DNA from: Mustelus asterias
Taxonomy: Eukaryota
Length of the DNA stretch: 64,000 nucleotides
Direction: 5' to 3'
NCBI RefSeq assembly: GCF_964213995.1
Contig: NW_027590253.1
Coordinates: 372,001-436,000 of the forward strand
Part shown: in pieces, positions 61,521-64,000 of the stretch
Position numbering within the stretch: position 1 is the stretch's first letter
How the letters are laid out: the number at the start of each line of letters is the position of its first letter
Notes under the pieces: generated by a model
What the model was told of the DNA's origin: nothing
Seen by the model: only the letters and a program-made list of their open reading frames with translations
The model's database searches: none
Program-made: the position numbers and the translations under genes

Positions 61521-61860
61521 AAATTAGCATTTGGGCATCATGGGGCTTTGTGAGCATCTCGTGAACAGATAGGTGCCCCCATCATGATGTTTTCCAGACC
61601 CCCTTATCTACCATCCTTGGCGTTTTCTTTGTTCATAGACTCAGTTTGAAAAGGGGTGGATTAAAAGTTCTCAAATGGACGTCAGCACCCTTCCTTTGTT
61701 TCAATCTAATGACCACACGGTCTGGGAAACATTTCTATTTAATAATCTCTCCTTTTAAACTCTGTTCTTCAGTATCCAATTCCAGAATTTTCCTTTTCAT
61801 TGTGTTAATTGTGTCAGGAATAAATCTTTGGACCTGACAGGAAGTTTAACCCAAGATCAA

Positions 61861-62201
61861 GGGGCTGGCACGGTAGCACAGTGGTTAGCACTGCTGCTTC
61901 ACAGTTCTAGGGACCTGGGTTCGATTCCCGGCTTGGGTCACTGTCTGTGTGGAGTTTGCACATTCTCCTCGTGTCTGCGTGCGTTTCCTCCGGGTACTCC
62001 AGTTTCCTCCCACAGTCCAAGATGTGCAGGTTATGTTGATTGGCCAGGTTAAAAATTGCCCCTTAGAGTCCTGAGGTGTGTAGGTTAGAGGGATTAGCGG
62101 GTAAATATGTGGGGGTAGGGCCTGGGTGGGATTGTGGTCGGTGCAGACTCGATGGGCCGAATGGCCTCCTTCTGCGCTGTAGGGTTTCTATGATTTCTAT
62201 G
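61861..62201 (+). mobile_element. Full-length HE1 (V-SINE) copy
   Basis: A/B boxes, V-domain and tail tttctatgatttctatg; very similar to 13501-13839. Confidence 0.95.
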
Positions 62202-63099
62202 ACAGGATTGGTCAGAATCGTTTCATATGTACCAAATTTTAAATAACCATTACAAATTAAAACTCTCATTCTCACGTGTGAGTTTTATCCAGATTAAAAT
62301 TCCTGCATGTTTAGTAAAATATCCTGGGAAGATGTCTCTGTCCAGTAAATATGGCTCGAGGTTCATAACTTTTGGAAAAATACACTTTATTAATTACACT
62401 TCCTTTTTTAAATGTTTGATTTAAATCACAGACAGAAAAACTCAAAGCCTGAAGCATTCAACCCATAAATATCATCCATACACAAACAGAGAAACTTAGC
62501 ATGTGCTTTAGAACAACAATAACCAAAATTAATATCTTAAGCGTCCTTGTGATTCTGTTTCTAAACTTCCAAAAATGGCTTTAATCAAAGACTCAAGATA
62601 AGGTTAATTCCCCAGAAAGATAAAACTTAACAAATGTAGCCCAAAACAATGATAAAACACATCTACAAACATCCACATAGAACAAACAAAACACACAGAT
62701 TCTCACAGCTCGTAAATTTCAAACAATGAATCCTCAGCATTCTCTCTCGCAGCTATAGCTTCTTAAAGTGACAGAGCACTACAAGCTCACAACTCCTTGA
62801 TTAAAATAAGATACACGATCCTTCATTCTCCTTCATCATAACTTAACCTTTTTTAAGCCAACTTCCAAAGTCTGACTTTACAGGCAACATCTCGTCTTTG
62901 TTGATTTAAAATCCCAAACGTTACCATTTGCAAAATCTTTGTTCTTTATCTGGGGTTGAGGTGACAACACAATAAAATTCTCAGTTATTCCAAATTCCTC
63001 CAGGCTATGCTTAAAATTTCCACATTTAACTGGCTCCAATAAATCCACAATTATAAACTAAAATAGACACGAGTTTCCGGGCGATTTAAAAACAATTTA

Positions 63100-63341
63100 A
63101 AAAGAGAAAAGAAAAGAGGGGGAGTTGCACTTTTGATAAAGGAAAACATCACGGCAGTACTGAGAGGGGATATATCCGAGGGGTCGCCCACTGAGTCTAT
63201 ATAAGGGGGAAATCGCTTTGATAGGGTTGTACTATAGGCCCCCAAATAGTCGGTGGGAAATCAAGGAGCAAATATGTAAGGAGATTATAGATAGCTCCAA
63301 GAAACATAGGGTGGTAATAGTAGGGGATTTTAACTTTCCCC
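63100..63341 (+). mobile_element. CR1 endonuclease fragment, resuming at 63988
   Basis: GGVALLIKE..YYRPPNS..VVIVGDFNFP|NI. Confidence 0.8.
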
Positions 63342-63987
63342 TGTAAGGGGAAAATACAAGGGGGGCACACTTTAAAATGGCAGCACAAGAAAGCACACTC
63401 TGAAATGGCTGCCTGGCACACACAGGGTTAACTGGGAAAGCCAAAAGAGCAGACACAGGCTCCTGCTGTTCAGAAAAACCTAACAGACAAGCCATTTCCA
63501 AATCACAGACAGTGACTCATAGCAAACAAACACCTCAGGAAGCCAAAGCCAAGGGTCAAGACATCTTTTAAGATAAGGAAACCCCAAAACAAAGAGCTTA
63601 GATTAATGTTAAAGGAAGGTGGGAAATATGAATGCGAGGGAACCGATTAGCACCTGAATGAGACGAAACTAGCCATTGATAGATACAGACATAAGGAGAT
63701 GTACCCATTCATAAAATGTTAAATGTCTATACCTGTTTGTACTCTTGTAAACATGGGGAAATATACCCATTCATGAAATGTTTAATACTTGTACTCACTT
63801 AAACAATGTGATAATGTTCGAATCACCGATATGCCCATTGTGTAAAGGGTATAAAATTGAACCGCTCCCGGCATACAATTGAGAGGTTTGCTACAGACCA
63901 ATGTGCCTTGTCTCCACGGGGCTCCGTTTAATAAATCGTATTTTCTGAATCTCGAAGTCTGACTACTAGTGGATTTTTCCCACAACA
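63342..63987 (+). mobile_element. Solo LTR (646 bp)
   Basis: TG...CA ends with an imperfect terminal inverted repeat (TGTAAGGGGAAAAT / ATTTTTCCCACAACA), TATAAAA at 63850, AATAAA at 63930, CCCC on both flanks; splits a CR1 GDFNFPNI motif. Confidence 0.88.
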
Positions 63988-64000
63988 CCCCCAACATTGA

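Overview
Eukaryotic (not prokaryotic) DNA from a cartilaginous fish. The evidence is HE1/V-SINE, DeuSINE and CR1 content plus shark-type TCR V and GPR139-like genes; a carcharhiniform shark such as Mustelus is a guess from the HE1 variant. Most of the window is transposable-element debris. The first 6.5 kb holds a degenerate T-cell receptor alpha/delta-type V cluster: a V pseudogene at 2990-3430, a V relic at about 4810-5070, and a V 3' end with a perfect heptamer and 23-bp spacer at 6455-6529, whose body is replaced by a 1.1-kb C-rich tract. The only apparently intact host gene is a two-exon GPR139-like class A GPCR (15073-15277 + 34339-35240, 368 aa, 19-kb intron). Two endogenous retroviruses are present. 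ERV-A (minus strand, about 9290-12796) has an LTR, a tRNA-Phe PBS, gag, a protease start and then a second diverged gag-like segment. ERV-B (plus strand, about 44680-59410) is epsilon-like gag-pro-pol-env with a 2H-phosphoesterase-like domain between protease and RT. It is broken up by young CR1 insertions and a recent 2072-bp tandem duplication. Also present: a Penelope-like GIY-YIG element with hammerhead motifs and fold-back mini-derivatives, a LINE with a tRNA-SINE-like Pol III head, Rex1/Babar, L2, RTE and Gypsy fragments, and solo LTRs. Boundaries of old repeats are approximate because they were read by eye.
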